A stretch of DNA of 64,000 nucleotides from an uncultured delta proteobacterium (GTDB lineage: Bacteria > Desulfobacterota > Syntrophobacteria > BM002): contig CAVQGX010000033.1 in the NCBI GenBank assembly GCA_963712115.1, forward strand, positions 96,001-160,000, given 5' to 3'. Positions 1 to 9,407 of this stretch are shown piece after piece (the first letter of the stretch is position 1; the number at the start of each line of letters is the position of its first letter). The position numbers and the translations under genes are program-made. The notes below the pieces were generated by a model. It was not told the DNA's origin and did not search any database. It saw only the letters and a list, made by a program, of their open reading frames with translations.

Positions 1-54
1 AGTTATCCCTTAGATACATTATTATCTTTGCACGTTACTATTGGGCAAAATCTG

Positions 55-1677
55 TCATCTTTTGGAAACGACGATAAGCAAATTGGCGGTATCTCGCCAC
101 CCTCTAGCAGTAGAAGGTGAAAGTGCTTCCACCCAACTGGCAAGGAAACGTTCCCGCAAATCTAAGATCTCATATTTACCCAGGCTGTAACACAGCTGGT
201 AACCAGGGTTCAACCGAAATCGCTCTATTTGCATAACGGCCTCGTCTGCTACAAAACCTACGGAAACAAGCAGAGCGGCAGCCTCCTCCGCAGTGAACCT
301 TCGCAAGGCTAAACCAGAGTCTATTAAGCAACGAGCTGCTCTCCACAGTCTCCGCTTGCAATCCACCAGGAGCTCCAACTCGTCCTCCACGTAGCCAGAT
401 TCGGCAAGTATGGATTCAGCATAATAGGCCCACCCTTCGTAGAAAAGTGGCGACTCAACTTGTCTTCGTACCGGGTTGTCCAGATTGCGACGAATAGTGT
501 CCAATAAATGATGCCCTGGGTAGGTTTCGTGAGCAGAAAGAAAGCGAAACTCCCGGTGTAACCGTTGCCTTCGGAGAAGATCGATTTGTGAATTGCTTGA
601 TGGTCAGCCGACGGTAACATAGAAACAGGCCAACTCACGAGAGTCAACGGTCAAGGGTGCGCTGTAAGAGGCCCCACTTCTAACCGGGCGCAAATAAGTT
701 GCTGTCTCGGCTAGGACCAACTCCTGATCCTCGGGGCCGCTCAAAAGCTCAAGGTTGACGCAGAGTTTCCGCAATCTTGCTATTTCGTTACCGTAGAGTC
801 CAAAAAGGTCAAACTCTCCTTCGTTGCTAGGTAGGTAGCTCTCATAGACCTGCTGCCAATCTTGGTTGGGATTTATCCTCCGGCGAAGCCGTTCTATTTC
901 TTCCAGGCTAGTCCGCCATTCTTGCTCGGCAATACGGTAGATTTCCTCTAAAGACCTGGTGCAACCAAAATGGCGCTGCACGAGCTCTTCTACCGAAACA
1001 GACTGAACCGTGGCTGCGGGTGTCGAACCGAGTTCGCGCAGGTTTGCTCCAAAGGCAGTAAGTGCCTCCTGGGCCTCTGCGCATGGCAGGGCCAGTTGCT
1101 CCCGCCAGCTATGGCCATCTAACTCAAGAAGAATTTCATCGAGATACTTTTGAGCATGCTGCACCACAGCCAGGGCAACCCTATAGTAAGGACCCGGGAT
1201 GGAGCTCAGACTTTTACTCCCCTGATCAATCAGTCTTTTAAAACCAGAGAGCCGTTCAGCGGTGCGACCGAACCGTTCCTCTGCGTCTTGGAATGGCTTG
1301 TTAAGGGCATGATCGACACCGATACAACCAACTTTGAGGTAAAGGAGAGGATTATGGCGCCAGGACTTGACCTCCTCCAGTTCGATTAGCAACCCCGCCA
1401 TATTATGGAGGAGAAGCTGACGATCAATTTCCTCCTCGAGATCTTGTGCCCTTGGTTGTTTTTGCAGCTGTGCCTGCAAAGCCCGCACTGAGTAGACTAC
1501 CGAAGCAATCGCTTCCTGGCTCAAATCGTCCATAAGTTCCAGAAACCCTGCCGCCTCCTGGACCCGGGGTAAAAAGTGGAACTCATCACTGGCGCACATT
1601 ACCGGAAAGGCCCTGGCGAGCAAAGAGAAGTATTCACTGGCAATTTTGCTGACTTGGCTTACTGGCTGATCTAACAT
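55..1677 (-). pseudogene. DUF885-family protein, disrupted by an in-frame TGA and a 3' frameshift (real or sequencing error)
   Basis: ORFs 604..1734 and 55..504 are in the same frame. Translating through TGA 604-606 gives ...FYVTVG*PSSNSQIDLLRRQRLHREFRFLSAHETYPGHHLLDTIRR...EGWAYYAE, containing the HExxPGHH and EGWAxYAE motifs. The expected C-terminal motif GWKHFHLLLLEGGEIP appears in another frame below ~135. Likely start is ATG 1677, because the ORF extension to 1734 runs into a repeat. Confidence 0.8.
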
Positions 1678-1703
1678 CGCTCTCAGTCTTCCGCTGCCAC
1701 CAT

Positions 1704-1898
1704 GAAATTCTAAATCCCAATACCTGCCCGCCATGCGAGCAAGGCGAGGCGGGCGGGTCTAAATCCTAAACAAATCCAAATTATCCAAATCCAAATGCCC
1801 AAAACTCAGGATGAGTAAATTTGCACAATTCCGTTTGGGACATTGGAGCATTAATGTTTTGAATTTGTTTCGGATTTTGTGCTTCGGATTTGGGATTT
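1704..1898. repeat. Palindromic AT-rich repeat element, family A copy 1, with a nested GC-rich hairpin at 1723-1757
   Basis: AAATCC/ACAAAT/CAAATG left arm and CATTGG/GAATTTGTTT/GTGCTTCGGATTT right arm; similar to 47235-47386 and 53137-53332. Insert CCTGCCCGCC...GGCGGGCGGG. Confidence 0.8.
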
Positions 1899-1949
1899 TA
1901 GGATCGCTCCTATTGGCCTACAGACCTTTTAATTCGAGAAGACTTAAGT

Positions 1950-2579
1950 TTACCCCAGATTTATATCGGAGGGTACTGCCCAATCGTCCCCAAGGAAGAG
2001 CGGCAATTCTGCAATGCACAGAGGACCTACCTTAACCTGCCATTCCATTTGTTGCTCCAGTGGCTGTTTCAATGGGGAAGCGAACCCTGGTAGAACTATT
2101 TCTCTCCTCAGGTGCACTGGTAATTCTTCCAGGGCGGCCATGATCTTTTCCACCTTAAATGATTCGTAGATCATGGCCATATCAACGGTATCCCCTCGGC
2201 AGTCCACGAAGATTAGCCAATAAGAACTAAGCGTATAGGCCATAATGGAGGAAAGTACCTCCTGGGTAAACTCGCTGTTACCAGAAATAAGGACTAAGCT
2301 CCTGTCGTTCGGATGGTTTATCTCCACCAGGCCAGTAGTGGCGGGACGGGGCAGATCTAAAGCAGGCACTTGAGGAAGAATTTTTTCACCTTGCAGAGCA
2401 AGGTAAAAGGCCCGTATTTGGCTGTCCTTTAGAAGAGTGCATGTTGAGGGAGTCCGGATTCCCTTTTTCAGTTGCTTTGCGAATTCAGCACAAGAAACTT
2501 CACCGCACTCCTGGCAGTCAGTTTGTGGAAGGTATTTGAGAAAGTTTATTTTGTTGAGATAGAGATCAGCTGCAATCAT
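1950..2579 (-). CDS. Miniature corrinoid iron-sulfur-like protein: AcsC-type 4Fe-4S domain fused directly to an AcsC/HgcA-like corrinoid-binding domain
   Basis: N-terminal LPQTDCQECGEVSCAEFA...C resembles the AcsC FeS domain. The C-terminal part (GLVEINHPN..SLVLISGN, LIFVDCRGDTVDMAM, IVLPG, WQVKVGP..AELPLFL) matches the AcsC C-terminal domain by eye. No TIM barrel and no TM helices. Confidence 0.8.
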   Translation of the reverse strand: MIAADLYLNKINFLKYLPQTDCQECGEVSCAEFAKQLKKGIRTPSTCTLLKDSQIRAFYLALQGEKILPQVPALDLPRPATTGLVEINHPNDRSLVLISGNSEFTQEVLSSIMAYTLSSYWLIFVDCRGDTVDMAMIYESFKVEKIMAALEELPVHLRREIVLPGFASPLKQPLEQQMEWQVKVGPLCIAELPLFLGDDWAVPSDINLG

Positions 2580-2690
2580 TCATCTTGGGGTGCCGCAGGT
2601 TTATGGTCTGAACAGAGGAAAAAGCACGCTAGATTGCAAAGGGAGGTATGGTAGTAAACACTGTTGTGGATGCTCTCAGGCGCTGCAAAG

Positions 2691-3023
2691 TCAGGCTTCT
2701 TCCCAATGGCGAACAAAGTTGTCCAGCCTGAAAACATCTGTCATGCTGAGATCGATCCACTTCAGTCCTACACCTTGGTCGCCGCAGGGCTCCTGCTTCA
2801 TACATATCCATACGACCTCAGCCTGGGAAAGAACCGAGCCATGATATTGTGGTAGATTAACGGTGATGTGTACCCGATCACCCACGCGCCAATTCTCACC
2901 GGTGCGGACAAAAACTCCAACAGGGCTAATGTTTTTGGCTTTTCCCTTAGCGGAACCACGTTTGCCTAGCAAGCAGTACTGAGTATCAATTAAAGCGCGC
3001 GGAAATCGTCTTTCTTCTCTCAT
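2691..3023 (-). CDS. Stand-alone PilZ-domain (c-di-GMP-binding) protein
   Basis: RxxxR (ERRFPR) and NxSxxG (NISPVG) motifs; 110 aa. Confidence 0.85.
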   Translation of the reverse strand: MREERRFPRALIDTQYCLLGKRGSAKGKAKNISPVGVFVRTGENWRVGDRVHITVNLPQYHGSVLSQAEVVWICMKQEPCGDQGVGLKWIDLSMTDVFRLDNFVRHWEEA

Positions 3024-3311
3024 GTCAGTATCTTTCTCCCAGTTTTTTCTTATTTGACCTTATATCATAAAATCAAGCGCTTGCACAGAAAAAACAGACC
3101 CAGACCATAGGCAAGGGGATCATTCCTATTTTCGGCTCTTGCCCCCCAGTTCCTGTGCTGTGTACCTCGCAGCTCACCCTGGCCTTGCTTGTGACTGGTT
3201 CCTCCTTGGGGATGTTTCCCGAGATACTTCTTTGTCTGGCAAATCTTTGTTTTTCAAATTGATCATGCTAAGATGTCTCGATTTTCCCCTTGTTTTCTCC
3301 TGGAGGTGATT

Positions 3312-4991
3312 ATGAAAGTAAGGAAGTTAGTTATTGTCGGGGGTGTGGCTGGGGGTGCCTCAGCCGCAGCCAAGGCGAGGCGCTGCAGCGAGGAGGTAGA
3401 GATCATCATGTACGAAAAGGGCCCAGATATTTCCTATGCTAACTGCGGCCTGCCCTACTATCTCTCCGGTGTCATCCAGAAGCGAGAGGACTTGCTCATC
3501 ACAAGCGCCGAATTTTTTCGTCGCCGTTTCCGGGTGGACGCCCGGACAAAGTGTGAGGTTGTTCAAATTGACCGCGAGGAAAAAAGAGTAATCGTCAATA
3601 ATCTCGCTACAGGGCTAACTGAAGAGGAATCCTATGACCGCCTAGTTCTGGCGCCAGGCTCCCATCCCATAATACCGCCGGTGCCGGGTGTGGACCTTCC
3701 CTTTGTCTCCACTCTCAAGACTCTTGAAGACACTGATCGAATATTCAACTTCCTTAAAGAGAAGAAACCCAATAGGGCCTTGGTGGTAGGCGGAGGTCTC
3801 ATCGGTGTTGAGGCCATTGAAAATCTTGCTCTAAAGGGTCTCCAAACCACAGCTGTTGAGCTTGCTCCGCAATTACTCACTTTCCTGGATTGGGAAATGG
3901 CCGAGAAAGTTCGCTGGCACATGCAGCACAAGGGCGTAAACATCCATCTTTCAGAGGGTCTGGCGTCGGTGGAGGAACAAAACGGCCAAGGAATGGTAAG
4001 AACTGACCAAGGCCGAGAAATCCCCACCGACCTGGTTCTCATTGCGGTTGGCATAAGGCCAAACGTCGCTTTAGCCAAGAATGCCGGACTTGAACTTGGT
4101 ATTACCGGTGGAATCAAGGTCAACCAGTTCATGCAGACAAGTGACCCCGATATTTTCGCCGCAGGAGATTGTATCGAAACCACCAACCTGGTGACTGGCA
4201 AGCCGGTTCTTACGCCCATGGGCTCAGCAGCAAACAAAGAAGGTAGAGCCGCTGGCGCCAACGCACTCGGTCGCCGTATTGCGGTCAAGGGTTTCACCTC
4301 CACTATTATCGTCAAGGTCTTCGACCTGACTGTGGCCAAAACCGGCCTTTCAGAACGGGAGGCCTTGGCTGAGGGCTATTCACCTCTGGCGCTCTACGTG
4401 GACCCCAGTCATCATGCCGGTTATTATCCGGGAGCCAAATCTCTGAGTATCAAGACGGTGACCGACCGTGACAGCGGCAGACTGCTTGGTGCCCAGGTTA
4501 TTGGCGAGGAAGGAGTAGATAAACGTATTGACGTCTTGGCAACTGCCATTTATCACCATATGAGTTTGGAGGATCTTCTCAATCTGGATTTGGCCTATGC
4601 CCCTCCCTATTCAGCAGCCCGCGATCCGGTCATAATTGCCGGAGCTGTGGGCCAGAATTATTATCAGGGCGACTGGAATCCCATCACCCCTCACGAACTT
4701 AAAGAAAAGATGGATGCGGGAGAAGACATTGCCCTAATAGATGTCCGAAACCGGCTGGAATTGGCCAAACGAGGCCCTCTCCCAGGGGCCACCCACATTC
4801 CTATAGATCTTCTCCGCAGAGAACTGCAGAAACTGGATCCTGATAAAGAAACCATTTTGTACTGTGCCCAGGGATTGCGTTCCTATCTCGGCAACCGTAT
4901 TTTGGCCATGAGAGGTTTCAACCGGGTAAGGACGTTGTCGGGGGGACTGGACAATTGGATGTATGAGGTGGAATCAACGGATTCCAGCTAG
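3312..4991 (+). CDS. CoA-disulfide reductase/NADH oxidase-family flavoprotein with a C-terminal rhodanese domain
   Basis: GGVAGG FAD motif, SYANCGLPY redox Cys, GGGLIG NAD motif, YAPPYS, rhodanese YCAQGLRS; RBS GGAGG before ATG 3312. Confidence 0.9.
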   Translation: MKVRKLVIVGGVAGGASAAAKARRCSEEVEIIMYEKGPDISYANCGLPYYLSGVIQKREDLLITSAEFFRRRFRVDARTKCEVVQIDREEKRVIVNNLATGLTEEESYDRLVLAPGSHPIIPPVPGVDLPFVSTLKTLEDTDRIFNFLKEKKPNRALVVGGGLIGVEAIENLALKGLQTTAVELAPQLLTFLDWEMAEKVRWHMQHKGVNIHLSEGLASVEEQNGQGMVRTDQGREIPTDLVLIAVGIRPNVALAKNAGLELGITGGIKVNQFMQTSDPDIFAAGDCIETTNLVTGKPVLTPMGSAANKEGRAAGANALGRRIAVKGFTSTIIVKVFDLTVAKTGLSEREALAEGYSPLALYVDPSHHAGYYPGAKSLSIKTVTDRDSGRLLGAQVIGEEGVDKRIDVLATAIYHHMSLEDLLNLDLAYAPPYSAARDPVIIAGAVGQNYYQGDWNPITPHELKEKMDAGEDIALIDVRNRLELAKRGPLPGATHIPIDLLRRELQKLDPDKETILYCAQGLRSYLGNRILAMRGFNRVRTLSGGLDNWMYEVESTDSS

Positions 4992-5074
4992 AGAATCAAA
5001 TTAAAGCTGGACTTTTTTCGCTTGATTTTTACTAGAGCCCTGTATTAAAGTCGCCTCGGATATGGCCCGTATTA

Positions 5075-5260
5075 TAGCCCGGATGTTTGATGAATTGCTG
5101 TCACGAGACCACGAAGATGGGCGTGCCACCGGGTAACCGCCGGGTGTTGGTCCCGAGGCGTACTTTTGAATGGTACGTCGCAGGGGCCAATGCCCGAGGA
5201 CGCACGGAAGGACGGCCATATCCGTGGTCGTAATAAGCGATTCATGAAGCATCCGGGCTA
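5075..5260 (+). mobile_element. MITE-like structured element, copy 1
   Basis: ~25-bp terminal inverted repeats TAGCCCGGATGTTTGATGAATTGCT / AGCGATTCATGAAGCATCCGGGCTA with TA at both ends; homologous to 9408-9602 and 47977-48172. Confidence 0.85.
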
Positions 5261-5360
5261 TATAGGTCGATCTCGCTTCAGAGGATTGGACTCCTTTGCC
5301 AAAGCGAGGACCTGGAGTTAGGGACCATATGATTTAATTTTTTGAAAGGAGGTTAGCGCT

Positions 5361-5561
5361 TTGACAAACGGAACGGTTAAATGGTTTAATGACAAGAAAG
5401 GGTATGGTTTTATCCAGCAGGAAAATGGTGAGGACATATTTGTTCATTACTCTTCCATCACGATGCCTGGATTCAAAACTCTCACTGAAGGTGAGCAGGT
5501 GACCTTTGAGATAGAAGAAGGTGACCGAGGTCCTGTGGCCAAAAACGTTTCCAAACTTTGA
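5361..5561 (+). CDS. Cold-shock protein (CspA family)
   Basis: [15 protein letters not shown] (RNP1) and DIFVHYS (RNP2); TTG start with an AGGAGG RBS. Confidence 0.95.
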   Translation: MTNGTVKWFNDKKGYGFIQQENGEDIFVHYSSITMPGFKTLTEGEQVTFEIEEGDRGPVAKNVSKL

Positions 5562-5596
5562 TGACAACTGAGAGGTAGTCTAATCTAAAACATTAT

Positions 5597-5635
5597 GGGC
5601 ATCTTGTCTCATGCGGACTGGATGCCCTTTTATTT
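5597..5635 (+). terminator. Intrinsic terminator after csp
   Basis: GGGCATC...GATGCCC stem followed by TTTTATTT. Confidence 0.65.
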
Positions 5636-5657
5636 AACTCTGAATGCTGGACTGTCG

Positions 5658-5879
5658 ATGATTGATAAAGAAGCAAAAAAGAGGCTAAAGAGGATACAAA
5701 AAGAGGTCAAGAAATTAAAAAAAGAGCTCAATAAGTTAGAGCTTCGCCCTTGTCAAAACGATGTTGAGTTGCAGCAGAAAGAGGAAGACCTTAAAGAACT
5801 AAACGACAAACTGCGTGAATTGGAAAAGGAGCAGGATAGATACATTCTTGACTCCGGCCGGATAAAACACAGCCTTTGA
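5658..5879 (+). CDS. Small coiled-coil hypothetical protein
   Basis: K/E/L heptad-rich 73-aa ORF from ATG 5658; the upstream ORF extension overlaps the csp terminator. Confidence 0.6.
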   Translation: MIDKEAKKRLKRIQKEVKKLKKELNKLELRPCQNDVELQQKEEDLKELNDKLRELEKEQDRYILDSGRIKHSL

Positions 5880-5883
5880 TTGC

Positions 5884-6645
5884 TTAACAGTTCCCGGCCC
5901 CTGGCTCAACCCGCACACCTTCGGCCCGCTCTCTGGCCGCGTCCTTTTGCAAGAAGTCGCACTCTTCTCGATCAAACTCCCAACAGCATTGCGGCTTGAT
6001 TAGATAGATGGAGCAGAAAAACTTGCCGGTGGCGAAATATTCGAAAAGAAAAGGGCAGAATCGCTGATACCCTGAGCCATCACCACGAAAATACATCAGC
6101 CACTCGCTAGGCGGTTCAATGGATCCGGTGAACTCCGCAGGGCCGCCTCGTATTTCACAGCAGCATCCACAGTGATTACAGCTGCCTGTTTGCGGAATAG
6201 TTTCTTCGGGGGAGCCTTTGAGGCTCATACTAGAAACCTGGCCATCCTTATTGAGACTCCTTAAGGCCAGTCGAATAGACTGGAATATTCTTGCCCATTC
6301 CAACAAATGCTCAGCTGCGATCCTCGCTAAACTCTCCTCAGACAAATCGTTAAGTCCTGGCTCTCTCCCAAGTTCTTGGACGTTGAGTTTCTCCAGTTTA
6401 GTGAAAGGAAAGTACGGATCAGACAGAGCCTCTATGAGTAACTGGCGTTCGGTTTGGAGCTGGTAGCAGCTAAGAAGCGAATCAAGCGCTTCATACCAAC
6501 CGCTCAAGTCCAGCTTAGACTTGCCCTGTATTTCCTGCTCACGACGGCTACGATTAACTTGGCAAAAATTAAAAAAAAGGTGATTTAAGGGAGTTATTGA
6601 CATCGGGGCGAATGTGGATGGCAAGCTTACCGGATAGTTTCCCAC
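5884..6645 (-). CDS. YkgJ-like (CxxCxxCC) cysteine-cluster protein with an N-terminal extension
   Basis: CNHCGCCCE...CPFL...CSIYLIKPQCC pattern; start uncertain. Confidence 0.7.
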   Translation of the reverse strand: MGNYPVSLPSTFAPMSITPLNHLFFNFCQVNRSRREQEIQGKSKLDLSGWYEALDSLLSCYQLQTERQLLIEALSDPYFPFTKLEKLNVQELGREPGLNDLSEESLARIAAEHLLEWARIFQSIRLALRSLNKDGQVSSMSLKGSPEETIPQTGSCNHCGCCCEIRGGPAEFTGSIEPPSEWLMYFRGDGSGYQRFCPFLFEYFATGKFFCSIYLIKPQCCWEFDREECDFLQKDAARERAEGVRVEPGAGNC

Positions 6646-6706
6646 GCTGTGCGCTGCCTGTCCTCAGCTTTTTGTCCTGAGGGTGTCGAAGTAGTCGAAG
6701 GATACC

Positions 6707-7615
6707 CTATGGGTCAACGGACAAATTGTGGCGCTGCAAAAACTTCTCCCAGCGATTGTCAACCCAAGCTTGCAGATGGGCAACCTGTTCAGGTGTTATG
6801 TGTCTAAATCTTTCCTGTGACTTCACATACTCCTCAACTGGTTTTTGCTTACCGCTTTTTGCCATTGTACGGCTACGACCTGTGAGACGGAAAACTCCAT
6901 CTTCAACCTCGAAAAGAACCCACATGGCAGTATCCACCCCCAGCTTGCCAAGTTTTACCAATTGATCTGTGGGAAACCCCCAGCCGGGAGCACAGGGGAT
7001 GTTTATTTGGATGAAGCGAGTACCATGGATGGCCCTAGCCTTTGCTACCTTATCATAAAGATCCAGAGGGTATGCCGGAGATGCTGAGGCAGTGTAAGGA
7101 ATATCGTGGGCTTCCATGATTGCCAGCATATCCTTTTTGTGCTCGACCTTTGTGGCTGGAGTGGTGGTGGTAAATGCTCCCAGAGGTGTGGCGCTTGAGC
7201 GCTGAGTGCCTGTGTTCATGTAACCTTCATTGTCGTAACAGATGTAGAGAAAATCGGTATTCCTCTCCGCCGCAGCGCTCAAGGCTTGAATGCCGATGTC
7301 GAAAGTGCCCCCGTCTCCGGCTATCCCCACTACTGTGTAGTCTGTCTTCCCTAGCACTTTAAGACCAGCAACAATGCCTGTAGCCGAAGCAGCGGTACTA
7401 GCAAAGGCGGTGTTGATATTGGTCAGTCGCACCGAGGTACAAGGATATAGCCCGTGCAGCACGGTCAAACAAGAGGCAGGTATGGTCAGAATGGTCTTTT
7501 CCCCCAAAGCCTTTAGAATGTGGCGGTAGGCCAAAGACAAACCACACCCTGAACAGGCCCGGGTCCCGGGCAAGAAATATTCTTGCTCTGGAAGTTGCAT
7601 CACTGTTGTGGCCAT
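6707..7615 (-). CDS. porB: Pyruvate/2-oxoacid:ferredoxin oxidoreductase beta subunit
   Basis: ACSGCG, GDGG...DNEGYMNTG TPP motif, IPCAPGW. Confidence 0.9.
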   Translation of the reverse strand: MATTVMQLPEQEYFLPGTRACSGCGLSLAYRHILKALGEKTILTIPASCLTVLHGLYPCTSVRLTNINTAFASTAASATGIVAGLKVLGKTDYTVVGIAGDGGTFDIGIQALSAAAERNTDFLYICYDNEGYMNTGTQRSSATPLGAFTTTTPATKVEHKKDMLAIMEAHDIPYTASASPAYPLDLYDKVAKARAIHGTRFIQINIPCAPGWGFPTDQLVKLGKLGVDTAMWVLFEVEDGVFRLTGRSRTMAKSGKQKPVEEYVKSQERFRHITPEQVAHLQAWVDNRWEKFLQRHNLSVDP

Positions 7616-7653
7616 AGCCTCAATCCTCTAGGTTTTTCTAGATTCAACTATGA

Positions 7654-7709
7654 GTGGATTCACTCCGCTTAATCCACCCTACAAAGAGCTATGCGCTCTG
7701 CGCCATGCG
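7654..7709 (-). repeat. GTAG-type REP-like hairpin plus a short CGCATAG-type heptamer array
   Basis: Minus strand reads GTAGGGTGGATTAAGCGGAGTGAATCCAC (GTGGATT...AATCCAC stem with a GTAG foot). The adjacent array CTATGCG CTCTGCG CCATGCG ends 2 nt from the porA stop. Confidence 0.6.
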
Positions 7710-7711
7710 AA

Positions 7712-8908
7712 TTAAACTGCCACCCCTAACCACTTTGGGCCGTTAACCCGGCCCTTCATCTGCAAGGCCTCTAAAGTAGCGGCTTCCAGGTCGGAAGCAA
7801 CCACGTTCTTTCCCCCCAGACCCACAATATAATTAGCTATGGAGGGGCGCAATCCACCTTCAAAAAGAGCTGCTTTTGTCTCGGTGCAGGTGGCTCCCTC
7901 GTTTCCGTAACTTATGTTCTTGTCGAAAATCACCACTTGTTTCACACCTGACAGCGCTTGCCGCAATTGCTCGGCGGGAAAAGGCCTGAAGACTCTAAGC
8001 CCTACTACCCCAGCTTTATGGCCTTTTTCGCGGAGCATATCAACAGCGAGGGAAGCCTCGTTGGCGAGAGACCCCATGGTGAGAAGAATTGTATCAGCCT
8101 CTTCAGTCTTGTATTCCCAGATCAAACACTCGTAGCTTCGGCCGAAAATCCTTCCGAATTCGCCACCAACTTTGGCAATCAGCTCTCCTGCACTTTCGAG
8201 GGCCTCTTGTAACCTCATGCGAAATCCCATGTAACTGGGACAGGCAACACCCTGAGCGTTAGCTCTGGGTTCTGCCAGCATCACCGGGTTGATGTTTATA
8301 GGTTCCGGGCCGTCCACCTGCAAATGTGGCACATAGGGCGGCAAAAAAGCATCCACTTGTTCCTGCTCTGGTATTTCTACTGGCATAACCGTGTGCGACA
8401 GAATGAAACCGTCGAAACAGACCATCATGGGGACGTGGATCTGCTCACAGATTCTGTAACCCATAAGAACACTGTCCAAAACCTCTTGATTATCTCTGCA
8501 GTAGACTTGCATCCAGCCGGTATCCCGCTGGGAAATGGAATCTTGCATGTCGTTGAAAATAGTCCAAGGCGCTCCAAGTCCTCGGTTCGCCAGGGCCATG
8601 ACTATGGGAAGCCTTGCTCCGGCAGCCCAATGTAGTTGCTCGTGCATGTAGGCCAGACCGTTTGCTGAAGTTGCGGTGAAGACTCTGGCTCCCACTGTGG
8701 AAGCAGAAATGCATACGGTTAGGGCGCTGTGTTCGCTTTCCACTCGAATAAACTCGGCTTTTAATTCGCCCGACTCAACATATTTCACCAGAGTCTCAGG
8801 AATCTTCGATTGTGGGGTTATGGGATAGGCAGCAATAACTTGCACCCGGCTAAGCTTGGCCCCCATGGCGGCTGCCTCGTTGCCATTGATAATTTCTACC
8901 TTACTCAT
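7712..8908 (-). CDS. porA: Pyruvate/2-oxoacid:ferredoxin oxidoreductase alpha subunit
   Basis: GNEAAA, AYPITPQ, VESEHSA, FRPFP motifs. Confidence 0.9.
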   Translation of the reverse strand: MSKVEIINGNEAAAMGAKLSRVQVIAAYPITPQSKIPETLVKYVESGELKAEFIRVESEHSALTVCISASTVGARVFTATSANGLAYMHEQLHWAAGARLPIVMALANRGLGAPWTIFNDMQDSISQRDTGWMQVYCRDNQEVLDSVLMGYRICEQIHVPMMVCFDGFILSHTVMPVEIPEQEQVDAFLPPYVPHLQVDGPEPININPVMLAEPRANAQGVACPSYMGFRMRLQEALESAGELIAKVGGEFGRIFGRSYECLIWEYKTEEADTILLTMGSLANEASLAVDMLREKGHKAGVVGLRVFRPFPAEQLRQALSGVKQVVIFDKNISYGNEGATCTETKAALFEGGLRPSIANYIVGLGGKNVVASDLEAATLEALQMKGRVNGPKWLGVAV

Positions 8909-8959
8909 CTCTGTACCCCAAAATCCCGATCGCACTCCCCCAGTTCAAATCAGTACCCC

Positions 8960-9286
8960 TTATTCAACTTCCTCTTGGATGGAGCATTCACTGAGGACGA
9001 ATTTTTCCTCTACTTCCATGCGTATTGCCTTTGTCGGGCACACCTCGGCGCAAACGCCGCAGCCCTTGCAATAGGTTAAGTCTATCTCAACCGGGATTTG
9101 CCTCGTTACTGTGCCGTCAGGACAGTATAGCCAGCACAAGTAGCAGGTGTCTTTTTGCTTCTTACAAGGAGTGCACTTGCTAAGATCGATGACTGGACGC
9201 TTGGCCCTCCAATCACCCGTTTTCCCCGCTTCACCTCGCGTCAAGGTGGCACAGGCAGAAACAAACTGGTTTTTTTCCGATGCCAT
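8960..9286 (-). CDS. porD: 2-oxoacid:ferredoxin oxidoreductase delta subunit (2x4Fe-4S)
   Basis: KTGDWR, CYLCWLYCPD, YCKGCGVCAEVCP. Confidence 0.9.
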   Translation of the reverse strand: MASEKNQFVSACATLTRGEAGKTGDWRAKRPVIDLSKCTPCKKQKDTCYLCWLYCPDGTVTRQIPVEIDLTYCKGCGVCAEVCPTKAIRMEVEEKFVLSECSIQEEVE

Positions 9287-9371
9287 AGTAAAGTTTCCTC
9301 ACCTCGAATGGGATCCTGCTGGCCCCTTAACCTCTAAGCGAGTTTTTCAGTCCCTTGTCAAAATTGGGGGT

Positions 9372-9380
9372 ATTATAACA
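9372..9380 (-). promoter_or_regulatory. Putative extended -10 promoter upstream of porD
   Basis: Minus strand TGTTATAAT (TGn+TATAAT), ~85 nt upstream of porD and just downstream of MITE copy 2. Confidence 0.5.
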
Positions 9381-9407
9381 CTTGCCAGCAAGAAAAAGGA
9401 TCCGGCC

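Noticed and set aside
604-606. Selenocysteine read-through of the in-frame TGA in the DUF885 gene
   Set aside because: Only a weak hairpin (CTTC-TCC-GAAG) follows, the site is not in a redox motif, and a second frameshift lesion exists downstream.
1950-2579. hgcA mercury-methylation gene or acsC
   Set aside because: It lacks the N(V/I)WCA(A/G)GK cap helix, TM helices and an adjacent hgcB, and it lacks the AcsC TIM barrel and acs neighbours.
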